The translations under genes were made by a program, and so were the position numbers. A stretch of 64,000 bases of DNA from assembly GCA_951406725.2 (NCBI GenBank), contig OX597816.1, positions 134,974,001 to 135,038,000 on the forward strand, in the 5' to 3' direction. Each line of letters opens with the position of its first letter. The stretch's first letter is position 1. Below, piece after piece: positions 25,027 to 38,247 of this stretch. Source of the stretch: Octopus vulgaris. Its lineage: Eukaryota. A model generated the notes under the pieces. It ran no database searches, was not told where the DNA came from, and saw only the letters and a program-made list of their open reading frames with translations.

Positions 25027-25939
25027 TCAAGATATTACGGTTGATACATGCCGTAAAGAAAAATACATATCATATCCAACCGCATGTAAACACACATACA
25101 ATGTGTACATATATCATCGCAATTTCATGATTTCCTACATATATTAGCGTATGTAGAAGATGCGCAGCATTTGAAGAGAGACTCAAATGAACTTACAGAT
25201 TTTGTTTAATTCGACATTAATGGCTATTTAAACTGGCTGAATGTAAAATAGAATAATTGGCCCAAATGTGAATACAGTTGCCGGATTTGGTAAATTTCTA
25301 ACAATTTTCCTAAATTCATATAAGAATTACGGAGGGACTTTGGGTATTCGGGTACTTTGAAAATACTACATGGGATGACGACTATGCTCTTTGACAAAGC
25401 ATAGCACCTCTACAGCCACTTTTCCAGGGATACGGTGAAGTCACGGGATTGCAGCATGGCGGATTGTGAAAAGGTAGCAGAAGAGCTCAACTGAGCCAAC
25501 GGTACTTCTTACATTGATGCTGAGCAAAAGAATCCTAGAAGATCAACGGTCAGGATGACCAAGCTCTATCAAGAGAGTAACTGCAATACATCTATAGGGG
25601 TGGCATTCATTGCTGTGTAATCAGCTAATGAAATATTCATGATCTCTCAAGCTCTCTATTCAAACTCATACTAGTGGAATTGGATGGCGACAGGGAGTTA
25701 TGGGAAAATTCTACTTGTCATCCTCCCGGGGTCGATAAATGAAGTACAAGTTTAGTGAAATACTTGTGACGGTTTTGTATTTTTATAAAACATCTTAATA
25801 ATTAAATTGTAAAAGAAGACTGAGACCAAACCTGATGAAGGAAAATCATTGTTGTTATTTTCGAAGACGGCAACAGATCTTAACATTGATGTCCCTTATG
25901 TTTTATACTTTCATATACATAAACACACGGAAGTACGTA

Positions 25940-26109
<170 letters not shown>

Positions 26110-26788
26110 TACACAGTTTACTGTTTCGTTAAGAAAAGATCAACAAAAAGTACCCCAACCAGTGAGAGATAAATATCATTTAACGTACACTGCATTAAAA
26201 TAAGAGCTACTGATAGTTTCTTGCCATTAAGACACGTAGTTAGACAGGCTTTTATAAAATATTTTGTGTCTTCCAGCAATCTATAGGGTCTGAGCTCATG
26301 ATTTATTCTATTTGAAAATCAGGATGCTGGTACATGAGAAACTACGAAAAATAAAGCGAGAACAAGGTTGATGCAAAAAGTGAAATGAAAAAAAAAATGG
26401 TTAGTAAAAACAGAAAATGAAAGGAAAGAAAAGAAAATTTGACAGTAGAAGTCATAATTAAGTTAGATGCAGAATAATTCAACAGAGAGGGATCCAGAGT
26501 CTGCGAGACAGCTGCTCGATCTGGAGTGGGTAGTGTCCTCGAGTTCATCAAAAGACTTGAATTTTCATATACTGAAAATTTCGTATCTGGAATTAAGTAG
26601 TGGTGGAATTCTTGGATCTACAAATATCCGAGAATTCACTATTTCACTTTCAGACAAACCAATGAACGAGCATCTAATGACTTTTATTTCACTAATTTTT
26701 TCTTTCCTTTTTTTGGGGGGGGGGGGTGTGTGGAATAAATGAGATTTTGCAAAATGTTGTATTCAGAGACCTGTTGTTGTTGTTGTTA

Positions 26789-27232
26789 AGGCGGCGAGTT
26801 GGCAGAATCGTTAGCACGCCGGACAAAATGCTTAGTGACATTTCGTTCGTCTTTTCGTTCTGAGTTCAAATACCATCTCGGTCTACTTTGCCTATCCTTC
26901 CGGAATCGATAAAATAAATACCAGTTGAGTACTGGGATCATTGTAATCGACTGCCCCCTCCCCCAAATTTCAGGTCTTGTACCTATAATAGAAAGAATTA
27001 TTTTTATTATAACTTAGGCGGCGAGCTGGCAGAATCGTTAGCACCCTAGACTAAATGCTTAGCGGTATTTCGCCCGTCGCTACGTTCTGAGTTCACATTC
27101 CGCCGAGGTCGACTTTACCTTTCATCCTTTCGGGGTCGATAAATTAAGTACCAGTTGCGTACTGGGATCAGTGTAATCGATTGTCCCCCTCCCCACAAAA
27201 ATCCAGGCTTTGTGCCGATAGCAAAAAGGATT
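26789..27232 (+). mobile_element. Two head-to-tail SINE family A copies (26789-26998, 27015-27232)
   Basis: Both begin aggcggcgag(t/c)tggcagaatcgttagcac and contain the B box gagttca. Confidence 0.88.
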
Positions 27233-27920
27233 ATTATTATTATAACTGCTGAAAGACTTGAGGAAGGGGTATTAGCCATGACCTTTAGAGAGAGGCCCTC
27301 CGGGATCGGTAAGTTTGACGCCATTAATGTTCCATTGACACTGTTACAGGACAATACCTTCTTGAAAAGCATGAGCTTGGAGAAGATTCCAAAGAGCGAT
27401 GTTCTGGGGAAGAAAGCACTGGGAATAATAGTTAGTGCTAGGCCGAGGGTGTTAGACACGTCAAGAATGGCAAGAGGTGGAAAGTCGAGTGAGCGGGAAT
27501 GTTTTAATAAAGTGGAATGCCTTCAGCCTTCAGTTGGAAGTATATCGCTGTCTTAGCTTTGTATGAGCCTCTTACACTGAAGTGCTCGTCACAACTTTTC
27601 ATATTTGGGTTGTTTTTAAATGCAGCAGACAAGGCGTGTAACGTTACTTGCAAAGAGACACTCCATCATCCAGAGACCGATCTTAACTAAGGATGTTACT
27701 GATGGAAATATCAGTGTATGGTGAATTTTGATTCGTCAACGCCCAGAAAAATCATGTCATATTTTATGAACTTCCACAAGGAATCGAGTAGTTACATAAT
27801 ATCTATGAAAAATTTGGAACTTAGTCAATAGCTATATATCACTCTGGTATCATGTTGTGCGCGCATACACAGTTTATAAGTTCAGACGTGCGCGTGCGCA
27901 TGTGTGTATATACACATATA

Positions 27921-28277
27921 TCTTATATATAAATGGCAATTTCTGTCTTTCTGTCTGTTACCATCATACTACCTAAGCCAGCAAACCAATCTTCAATAAA
28001 CTTTGCAAACATATTAAACTAACACCCAGTTCAATATTGGATTTCAATAAAAATCTATAATGTGCTCCCTAGGGGGCTTGGACGAATTATATGATACAAT
28101 GAGACGGGTGCAAAGAGTATTAATATGATGGAAATATGGTAACAGAGTGAGGGTGACTGATATCAGGTAAGGGGAGAACAGCGTTGTCTAAGCGGCAATG
28201 GGATAGTAACGTTAATACAGCTGTCATATACACGCCACGCTGCATACATACTTCCGTAAATACATAGATACATGCAT

Positions 28278-28310
<33 letters not shown>

Positions 28311-29137
28311 CGCGCGCACATGCTCATAAGTAACTTTTAAAACGCCGAAGAAGGGGAAAAGGTAGGTGTGAGGAATACTTGACTTTAAGGAGAGAGGGGG
28401 AAGGTGGCTTTTTTACTGTCCATAGGAAAGAAACACTCGCACACAGAAAGACAGATAGACACAGACACGCATTCATACGTTTGTCTATTATACACCATTT
28501 TTAACTCGTGATTACTTGTGTGCACGTTTGTAAATGTGTGTGAGTGCGTGTGTGTGTGCGCGCGCGCGATGTCCTATAACTGTCTGTCTCTCTACTTTTG
28601 TAGGGCTTCTCTTTTTCTATCACATATTGTGAGATTTCAAAATTACATCCAAATTTTCAAATTCGGTATATTGAAATAATTTTCCGCGTAAAATCCGATT
28701 TTGTTATTTATTTGTTCCAGAAAAATTGCAGAAAACTGTTACTGAAGTTTGAAGTTTAATCATTTTTACCTAGAAAACAGGACTTAGAAGCTGGCATTTT
28801 CTGCATGATAGCTGTCTATCACAAAATGAAAGCAAAATCATTACGAGGAGGAATTTTTATTTAACAAACGAAAGCAAAGCATTACGACGACCAAAGTTGC
28901 AAGAACTTCTGAAGTTTAAGTTTTAATGAATAAGATGATGTGAAACGGTCGAACAGACATGTAAATAGTTTAAAAAGGAAAAAAAAATCCCATCAAAGTT
29001 TTTTGCGAAAAATTGCACAAATCCGTCCTAATCAAGAGGCCTGTTGGTGGAAGGCATGGTCTGACATGGAATAAACAAAAATTCATAAATGACATTCTAT
29101 TGTAAAAATTGCCTTGGAACGATGGGCTATTCAGCTA

Positions 29138-29138
<1 letters not shown>
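27921..29138 (+). mobile_element. Non-autonomous Helitron
   Basis: A|TC start resembling 22733 (tatataaa.ggca.tt.tgtct), CTAG|T end. Interior ~28040-28700 is homologous to ~34600-35260. Confidence 0.75.
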
Positions 29139-29173
<35 letters not shown>

Positions 29174-29174
29174 G

Positions 29175-29535
29175 CAAGCATGGGTGTGTGTTAAGAAGCT
29201 GGCTTCCCAATTACATGGTTCCAGATTCTGTCCCATTGAACCTTAGACAAGTGTCTTCTAATATGGCCACGGGCCGACCAAAGGCATATGAGAGGACTCG
29301 GTTGATGGAAACTGTAAGAAGCCCGTCATGCATGTGTGTGTGTGTGTTTGTCCCCCATCATTGCTTGATAACCGGTGCTGATGCGTTTACGTCCCCATAA
29401 AATAGCGGTTCGGCAAAAGAGAACGTTAGAATAAGTACCAGGCTTAAGGAAAAGTAAGTAGTGGTCGATTCGTAAGGCTAATATTCTTCAAGGTGGTGCC
29501 CCAGCATGGCCGCAACCTAATGACTGACACAAGTA

Positions 29536-29537
<2 letters not shown>
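29175..29537 (+). mobile_element. SINE family B
   Basis: Head, CORE-like segment, short (TG)n and the family B 3' half. Confidence 0.8.
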
Positions 29538-29590
<53 letters not shown>

Positions 29591-30017
29591 GGAATGACTG
29601 CATTACTTGAACCAGAAAAGATGTAGGGTGATGCAAAGATCTTTATTTATAGAAGATTATTCCGAGTTTTCGTTTTCAATTATGTATTTATTTTACTTTG
29701 AATACCTCGAAATAGTATCTGAGCATTTCAGTCTAGTGCAAATAAACCAAGTTACAACTCCAAATAACCGTGAGTACACAAATGCAAAAAGCCTATCCGC
29801 GCGCGCGCGCATTTAGTCATACACCTATCTATCTATATACACGCTAACTCACGATTTCTTTCGTCACTGAAACGTTATAACCGCTCTTTCGGTTGTCAGC
29901 ATATCACCGTCGTTTGTAATTTTCGGTGGCATTCTTTACTAGAGCAAAATATTCGCAGTTACCAATTAATCTTCGATGAGAAGGAGAGTAGTAGCTATAG
30001 TGATAAGGCCATGATGT

Positions 30018-30051
<34 letters not shown>

Positions 30052-31152
30052 AACGATGATGATGATAACGTGGGTGGTAGTGGTGGTATCAGCGGTGGTA
30101 ATGCTGATGGCACTCGGTTGTGGTGAAGCTTATACTGTTGTTATGACGATAACGATAATGGTAGTGTACATGTTTGGGTCATGTGTCAATAGCAATCGGT
30201 ATAAAAAGGTGTAGTTGAGTTTACTTTAAGGATTGTTGTTGTTGCTGTTGTTGTTGATGTTGTTATAATGGTGGTGGATTTTGTTGCTGTTAGTTCACTG
30301 TAATGTACTTATTGTTGTTGGATATAAATATATAAACAAATACAAAAAGAATTAATTCCTTCACTATATACTTATTCTAGTCTTTCTTTCTTTCTTTCTT
30401 TTCTTTATTTTCTTTCTTTCTTTCTTTCTTTCTTTCGTGTTTTCATCAGTCAGAAAACATTTGGCTTCCTGTTTTGAAGCTGCATAATAAAATGTCAGAC
30501 AACTTTCCTGCTGAATCACTGTAAACGTAATTCTACATTAAATTGCAAGGCAGAAATAATTCCTCTTGAATTCTTTACGCTTTTTGCCGACGTTGCTAAC
30601 GTCGTTGAAAGCTATGCAAGATCGTCATAAGCGATATCTTTATTTGCAAGAAGTAATCAAACCAATACTCAGTATACTGCAGAGGAACAGGTTAATAAAA
30701 AAAATACGTTACTGCCTTTTTATTTCGATGAAAAATTTGAACCAATTCTTTCAGTCGTGTTTTAATTCTTTTATAGCAATCTGTCATAAATTATGAGTTC
30801 ATTGTAATGGTAATGTTTGTAAAGCAACGGCAGAAAATGCGCATGAAAATTATTTTTAGGACCAAAATAGATTGGATTAGACAACATTATTTCTAGACAC
30901 ATTTATGGTAATTACTATATTTGAACTGAGTTCATATGAGTAATATAATAAGGTTATTGACATAGGTAAATTTACTCGACTGATACCTCCACGCCATAAG
31001 CGTGGCCTTGTGTTAATGTTAGAAAACACAGACGAGGTTATTCACTGAAGAACACACAAAGAATGCTTTAACCAGGGACAGAATAATGAACTAAATTCCT
31101 TTATGTTGTAAAACAAAATCTGCAATCTCTGAATGGTCAAAGAATAGTCAAC

Positions 31153-31563
31153 TCGTGAGCTGGCAGAAACGTTCGCACGCCGGGCGAAATGCGTAGCCGT
31201 ATTTCGTCTGCCGTTACGTTCTGAGTTCAAATTCCGCCGAGGTCGACTTTGCTTTTCATCCTTTCGGGTTCAATAAATTAAGTACCAGTTACGCACTGGG
31301 GTCGATGTAATCGACTTCATCCGTTTGTCTGTCCTTGTTTGTCCTCTCTGTGTTTAGCCCCTTGTGGGTAGTAAAGAAATAGGTATTTCGTCTGCATCTA
31401 CGCTGAGTTCAAATTTCGCCGAGGTCAACTTTGCTTTTCCTCTTTTCGGGGTCGATTAAATAAGTACCAGTTACGCACTGGGGTCGATGTAATCGACTTA
31501 ATCCGTGTGTCTGTCCTTGTTTGTCCTCTCTATGTTTAGCCTCTTGTGGGTAGTAAAGAAATA
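31153..31563 (+). mobile_element. SINE family A with tandem duplication of body and tail
   Basis: 31200-31383 is repeated at ~31384-31563. Confidence 0.88.
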
Positions 31564-31935
31564 GATATAGGGTCTGTTATGCATGCATGCATGCACCCAA
31601 GCGCACACAACACTTGCTCCCAGACGCACGTTTTTTAATCCACACCATAAAATAAAATTTGATCTACATAACAAGAACCTAATTCCTAGAGAAAGAATAT
31701 ATTCGAATACCTCACATCTATACACAGGGAACCGATTATGCATAAAATGAAAGTTAACCATTGTGACATGTGAAAGAGAGAGGTGAAAAATGATGAAACA
31801 GAAAAAAGTATTGGAATGATGATAATAATATATACGATCTTAATTGTAAACTGACAAAAGAACAGAACCTGGATGTGACTAATGACGACCGATATCAAAA
31901 TGTCATGGTCAATCACACATACATATATGTATATA

Positions 31936-31969
<34 letters not shown>

Positions 31970-32160
31970 GTTAATCCAAACATGAAGAAAGAGAAAACAA
32001 CAACGCGAGGACGTGGAACAAGTATATTGTTATTGGACGCTCAGGAAAGGAAAGAAAGAAGGAGAATTTAACGTTTCGAGCGGAGCTCTTCGTCAGAAAT
32101 ATAGAAAAAGGTATAGTCCAAGGAAGGGAAGATGGAGAAAGAAAATCGCCAACGATACAC
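31970..32160 (-). mobile_element. Penelope-like 3' end (solo pLTR) with hammerhead, in (TA)n
   Basis: Homologous to 14540-14718 (hammerhead followed by ttcctgagcg...). Flanked by (TA)n and (CA)/(TA)n. Confidence 0.75.
32066..32100 (-). ncRNA. Minimal type I hammerhead ribozyme
   Basis: Minus strand attt-CTGACGA-a-gagc(tcc)gctc-GAAAC-GTT-aaat. Core intact, stems I and II paired, self-complementary AACGTT stem III. Confidence 0.82.
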
Positions 32161-32184
32161 ACACGGTCTCACACACACACACAC

Positions 32185-32492
<308 letters not shown>

Positions 32493-33112
32493 TTTGTCTA
32501 AAGGACTTGCCATAACTAAGTTTTAAACAAAATTGCAATGGTGCAGTGTGAGTTCGCAATTGTGCGACGGATATTCTGACACCTCAAGAAATGAATGAAA
32601 AGGGAACTGAAGAGTTTCTGTATATTTTATATGTGAATGTAATTATTGGATTCTAACATTGGTTCAAGGCCAAACATTTTATGTTAGGGATGTTAAGTCG
32701 ATAGTTTTTTGTTGAAAAAGAAATGGACAGCATGTTTGGTACTTATTCGTTTTAGCATGGAATTATTTAAAATCTACCTGTAATTATTTCTTTTATCCTT
32801 GCATTATTTTATTTGAGATCATTGGATTTTTATATTTTGACCATCAGTCATTAAGAATTTTCAATTTATTTTAATATAAAAAGAATTAATTACACAAATC
32901 TGGCGAACACTCAATCTCTGATGTTCAAACGTAAGATCGAAATAGGGAGTATAAAAAGTTAGACTGAACTAAAACAAAAACAAAAAAAATTATGCCAAAG
33001 TGAATAACTGCCAAATACTTTACCCTCTCATGGTGATTGATATCTCATTTTATTTTTTAACTACGTTTAGAATAACAGTAAATCAAATTTTTTATTTGGA
33101 GTACACATACTA

Positions 33113-33233
<121 letters not shown>

Positions 33234-33316
33234 GAGGATAATATCGATATTATTTCGGCATGTTGGTGTCTTTTAGACACCCTCATTTTTAATTATATAT
33301 ATATATATATATAATG

Positions 33317-33500
33317 TAATAAATAAAATATATGCATGCATACAAACATATATGTACGTACCTACATCTACATGTATATATACATGCATATACAAATATA
33401 TATACGTGAGTACAGGACACTGCAACTATGCATGTATATATACATGTAGATGTAGGTACGTACATATATGTTTGTATGCATGCATATATTTTATTTATTA
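33317..33500. repeat. Perfect 74-bp inverted repeat with 36-bp spacer (PLE-end fold-back)
   Basis: 33317-33390 is the exact reverse complement of 33427-33500. Confidence 0.92.
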
Positions 33501-33607
33501 GATTATTGTCTGACAGCGCGTTCGCGTCAGGGTCGATTCGATTCGTCGTTTCGTCCCACTTCCCTTCCTCCCAGTTTTGTTATATATATATATATATATA
33601 TATATAT

Positions 33608-33910
33608 GAATGGAACAAAAGCGCAATAGAGGATATTAAAACATTCGGACAGGTACACAATACAAAGGCGGACAACAATTGGAAGGACAGGCAAAAAAAA
33701 AAAAAGACGGGACATTCATGACTTGCTTTCCTCAGTCAAGTTCCAGAAGTTACGACCATTTCGAGCAGTTACACTTGAGATTGTTCGATCTTGTTGCCCC
33801 ACAAAAAGTCTAAGCTAAGAGTATTAGACCCCTTTGTAAGAAAGCTAGCGAATGTGTTCGGCAACAAGGGCAAAAAAAAAAACAAAGAAACAAAAAGAGG
33901 AAAACCTGGT
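33608..33910 (-). mobile_element. Probable Penelope-like 3' fragment between (TA)n tracts
   Basis: T-rich on the minus strand, bounded by (TA)n, with a degenerate GAAA...GTC...CTGAGGA motif at 33724-33767. Confidence 0.4.
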
Positions 33911-33932
33911 AATATATATATATATATATAAT

Positions 33933-34126
33933 ATTTGTTTCAGTCACTTGACTGCGGCCAGGTTTGAGCACCGCCTTTAGTCGAACAAATCCCTCACAGG
34001 GCTTATTGTTTGTACGCCTAATACTTATTCTATCGGTCTCTTTTGCTGAAGCGCTAGCTACGGGGATTTAAAAACGCCACCGACGGTTGTCAAGTGATGG
34101 TAGGGGGGACAAACACTGAAAAACAA

Positions 34127-34195
<69 letters not shown>

Positions 34196-34335
34196 ACGGG
34201 CTGCTTTCAGTTTCCGTCCACCAGTTCCACTCACAAGGCTTTGGTCGGCACGAGGCTATAGTAGAAGACACTTGCCTAAGTTGTCACGCTTAACAACCAT
34301 TTGGTTGTTAAGCAAGCTACTTACCTCACAGCCGC
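33933..34335 (-). mobile_element. SINE family B with internal (TG)n
   Basis: Homologous to 16105-16535. Confidence 0.82.
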
Positions 34336-34409
34336 TACATATATTTAACTATCTATTCAGCTGTATGTATACACACACATATATATGCATATTTTTTGTG
34401 GCATATATA

Positions 34410-34562
34410 TTTAGATTCAGACGAATATGGTACTTAAGTTGAAGCACCAGAATTTAGTACGGTTTTATCCATACAATATCAAAGTAAGGTGATTAAAATC
34501 AAAATGAGCAACAAGGATATCCTCTGGATATCCTAGTCGCTTATTTTGATTTTAATCACTTC
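34410..34562. mobile_element. Short fold-back element related to the 38305-38854 element
   Basis: Shares gaatatggtac.taa.tt...gcacca and g.tgatta.aa...gcaacaag with 38348-38443. Ends in a 36-bp-arm hairpin (34487-34522/34526-34561). Flanked by TA runs. Confidence 0.6.
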
Positions 34563-34569
34563 ATATATA

Positions 34570-34818
34570 TATATAAAAATATCCAGTAATAGGCGCATTG
34601 GATTTCAAGAAAAACATATAATGTGCCCTCTAGAGCGCTTGGGCAAATTATATGATAAAATGAGTAGGGTGCAAAGAGTATTAATATGAAGGAGATGTGG
34701 TGACAGAGTGAGGGGGACTAATATCAGGTAATGGAATAACAGCATTTTCTAAGCGACAAATATGGAGTGGCAATGTGATAGATGTTAATACTTATTTCCG
34801 TAAATACATAGATACACA

Positions 34819-34858
<40 letters not shown>

Positions 34859-35092
34859 CACATAAGGAACTTTTAAAACGCCGAGGAAGGGGGGAAAGGT
34901 AGGTGTGAGGAATACGTAGCTATAAGGAGAGAGCAGGAAGGTTGCTTTTCTGCTGTCCATAGGCCGGAAACACTCACACACAGATAGACAGACACATACA
35001 CACACACACATACACATACATACATACATACATACATACATACATACATACATACATACCATTTTACATACATACATATGATTACTTGTGTG

Positions 35093-35149
<57 letters not shown>

Positions 35150-35405
35150 ATGCGATGTCCTTTAAGTGTCTGTCTCTCAGTTTTTTCGGATCTTCCCTTT
35201 TTTTGTCACATATTGTGAGTTTTCAATTTGATATATTGAAATAATTTTCCACGTAAAATCCGATGTGGGAAATTCTGTCTGTTCGTGTGTTTGTAGAGTT
35301 GTTAGCTGAAATATGACACGTGAGTAGAAGTCATGTCTGGAGACCTCATGGCATACTCAGATTGTTGAAAAAATCGATAATAGGGCCCCTGGAAAGGATC
35401 CTTAC

Positions 35406-35456
<51 letters not shown>

Positions 35457-36160
35457 ATGTATTTTATTTTAAAAACCATGGGAAATAACCCATTCGCCCC
35501 TAGAAGGAATCCTCATATATAGCCAAGGGAAATAACCCATTAATTTTCCTAAATTATTTGGTGAAAAGGAAATTAAGTATGCTTATTTCTTAGTATTTGA
35601 ACTGTTAGAGTTATTTTCGCAATCTATTTAGTACAAACCTTAAACAACTAAATAGTATTTTCCTAAACATTAGATCCATTTATTTCGATTAGTGACTTAT
35701 ACACAAATATACCAACACTAGCTCCCTTGAGCGCAATATTCTCTGGGAACGCACAAAAACCCTTTTCAGACTTATTTACTTTGAATTGTTATCACATATC
35801 TGATTAGCCTGTTATTACGTAACATACTTCATGATTTTAGTATAGATACCTTATTAGTATTTCATCCTATGTTCTATATACTCAAGGAACGCATTAAAGC
35901 CTTTTTGAGGCTACTTTATTTGAATTCTTACTATCGAGTAATTAATATCATCTTATTACATAACTGACTTCACAATTTGGGTATTCATAACTTATTGGGA
36001 ATTTCTAAAACCATGATTCTGTGTAAGACAGTTTGTTAATCGCTGTAAATGCACAAAAACCGTTTTAAGGGCCGCATACGTTGCATTGTTGTATTGGATT
36101 AGCGAAACAATTATGAGAATGGAACCAAAGGATAATCCCCGCTTTCCCGGGAATTACCAG
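34570..36160 (+). mobile_element. Decayed non-autonomous Helitron
   Basis: 5' part homologous to the 27921 Helitron. Terminal hairpin cccgctttcccggg followed by CCAG|T (variant of CTAG). 5' boundary uncertain. Confidence 0.55.
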
Positions 36161-36216
36161 TACGTTAGCTTGTACATACATACATACATACATACATACA
36201 TACATACATACATACA

Positions 36217-36265
36217 TTTGTACTCCACCTGCCTTCGTGTTTTGTTTATTTTCGTAAACCTTCCG

Positions 36266-36268
<3 letters not shown>
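36217..36268 (+). mobile_element. ~50-bp extreme 3' tail of the Penelope family seen at 13180-14718
   Basis: tttgtactccacctgccttcgtgttttgtttattttcgtaaaccttccgtta matches 14666-14718 and is followed by (TA)n in both places. Confidence 0.75.
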
Positions 36269-36314
<46 letters not shown>

Positions 36315-36317
<3 letters not shown>

Positions 36318-36660
36318 TATAAACTTCTAAGATAAGGATAGAATTTTTTCAAAAACAATTTTATTAGTGGCTAGCATATTAAAATACCTTTTAAGTTGAA
36401 AATTATTAACAATTATAAAAAAGGGCAAAAGAAAAAAATTTCTATGCCAATATGCTGAAAAAATAGACTTTATATCGTCAATAACCACATACAATATTTC
36501 ACTATAAATGCACAGCGTGTTGAAGCGAAGAAAGCAAGCTAACAGAAATTTATAGTGAAATATTGTATGTGGTTAGACGATATAAGCCTATTTTTTTCAG
36601 CATATTGGCGAGGAAAGCAAGATAAGAGTTTTTCTCTTTATTTATAATTGTATATAAGGT
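36315..36660. mobile_element. Fold-back element in (TA)n
   Basis: Imperfect inverted repeat 36446-36509/36548-36609 with a weaker outer extension, an unpaired left tail, and TA-rich repeats on both sides. Confidence 0.6.
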
Positions 36661-36908
36661 ATATATATATATGCATATATACATACATGTATATATATAC
36701 ATATATGTATATATATATACATGTATATATACATTTATATATACACATATATATACATATACATATATATACATATATATACATATGTATATACATGTAT
36801 ATATATATACATATGTATATATATATATATATAAATATATATACATACATATATATACATATATATACATATATATATATCCATATATACACACATACAC
36901 ACACATAT

Positions 36909-36944
<36 letters not shown>

Positions 36945-36986
36945 CCATAGATCTATGTATCTCTCTCTCTCTCTCTTTCTCTCTAC

Positions 36987-37019
<33 letters not shown>

Positions 37020-37800
37020 TATCGGAATTAACTAAAGATAAACTCCGTACAGATGGCCCTCAAACCCTATCCAGCCTAAATTTCTATAAGGCTGACTGGA
37101 AGTCATTTGGAAAGCACATACTCCAGCAGGACTGGCCTAAAAGCTTCTCTATGTAAGATATACATATGAAACTCAATAGATTCATGTCAATAATGCGAAC
37201 CATATGCCTTAAGTATGTCCCAGAGAAGGGAGCCAAAACACACAAAAACACTCATGCGGCGGAGAATAAAGATCTCGAATCGTTTAAAGAAATACCTTAA
37301 TTATAGTGTGAAATCCCACCTGACAGAGGAACTCTTCGGGATAGAAAATAAACTCAAAATCTCCCGTGGAAAAGAAAGAGGATCCTGGTCAGTCGAAAAT
37401 ATAAAAAGAATTCCTAAAGCCTTCTACACGTAAGCAAAGGAGTCTGCCTCAATACCCTATAATATAGGTCCACTATTTGGTAAAAGCGGCTCACTAACTG
37501 CAGACCAGGGGAAGATAAGTGAAGCGCTAAATAAACAATTCCGAAGTGTTTTCAGTTCTCCACTGAAAAATATGCAAATAAACTAGCCGAAGGTATTTTC
37601 CAATGTAATGAATCTATTCGGAAGAGGATGTAATATTGGCCGTTAATGAGATGAGATCAAACTCAGCAACAGACCCAGGTGGACTCTTAGCTGTTCTCTT
37701 AAAGACATGTAAAAAGGCTCTTGCAAAGCCACGGCAAATGCTCTTTCAACGTTTCCTTGCATTGGTAAACTTTCTAGCATGCTAAAAGAGGGTATAATAT
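37020..37800 (+). mobile_element. Decayed CR1/L2-type LINE ORF2 fragment
   Basis: Remnant peptides [56 protein letters not shown]. Confidence 0.7.
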
Positions 37801-37804
37801 GCAT

Positions 37805-38247
37805 AACGTGCATAAACAACAAATTAAGGATTCAACCGTTAGAAACGTACCATGTAGTAAACATCTAGACATTTGTGCAAATGGAAAATTTTAAATATTC
37901 TCCTTTTACAAAGTAAAAGATGAAAATGATCAACTACGAAAGGCAAAAGAAGAATACTTTATAAGAATTCTAAATCCGAAACTAAATCGGAATTAGTCGA
38001 CGCTTAAAATGGTCAACAATTTAAAATATTCCCTTTTACAAAATAAGAGATGAAAATAATCGACTATGAAAGACAAAAGAAGAATACGTTGTAAAAATTC
38101 TAAATCCGAAACTAAACTGGAAATAGCACCATTGCAAAAAACAACAATTTCTTCTTTATCCATTAGCCCAGAACGCACGTGTTTGAAAAACTGAAAAAAA
38201 AAACCAAAGCGCTTACACACAAAATATACACGAAACATAAAATACTA

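Noticed and set aside
25828-25872. CTGATGA-gaaaat/attttc-GAAG motif before (CA)n
   Set aside because: GAAA and the cleavage triplet are broken, and there is no stem I.
26342-26575. Possible additional exon of the zinc-finger gene (ttttcAG followed by an open frame)
   Set aside because: No convincing GT donor or recognisable domain. Cannot be supported without transcripts.
26789-26875. tRNA genes suggested by A/B boxes in SINE heads
   Set aside because: They continue into SINE bodies and do not close a proper cloverleaf acceptor stem.
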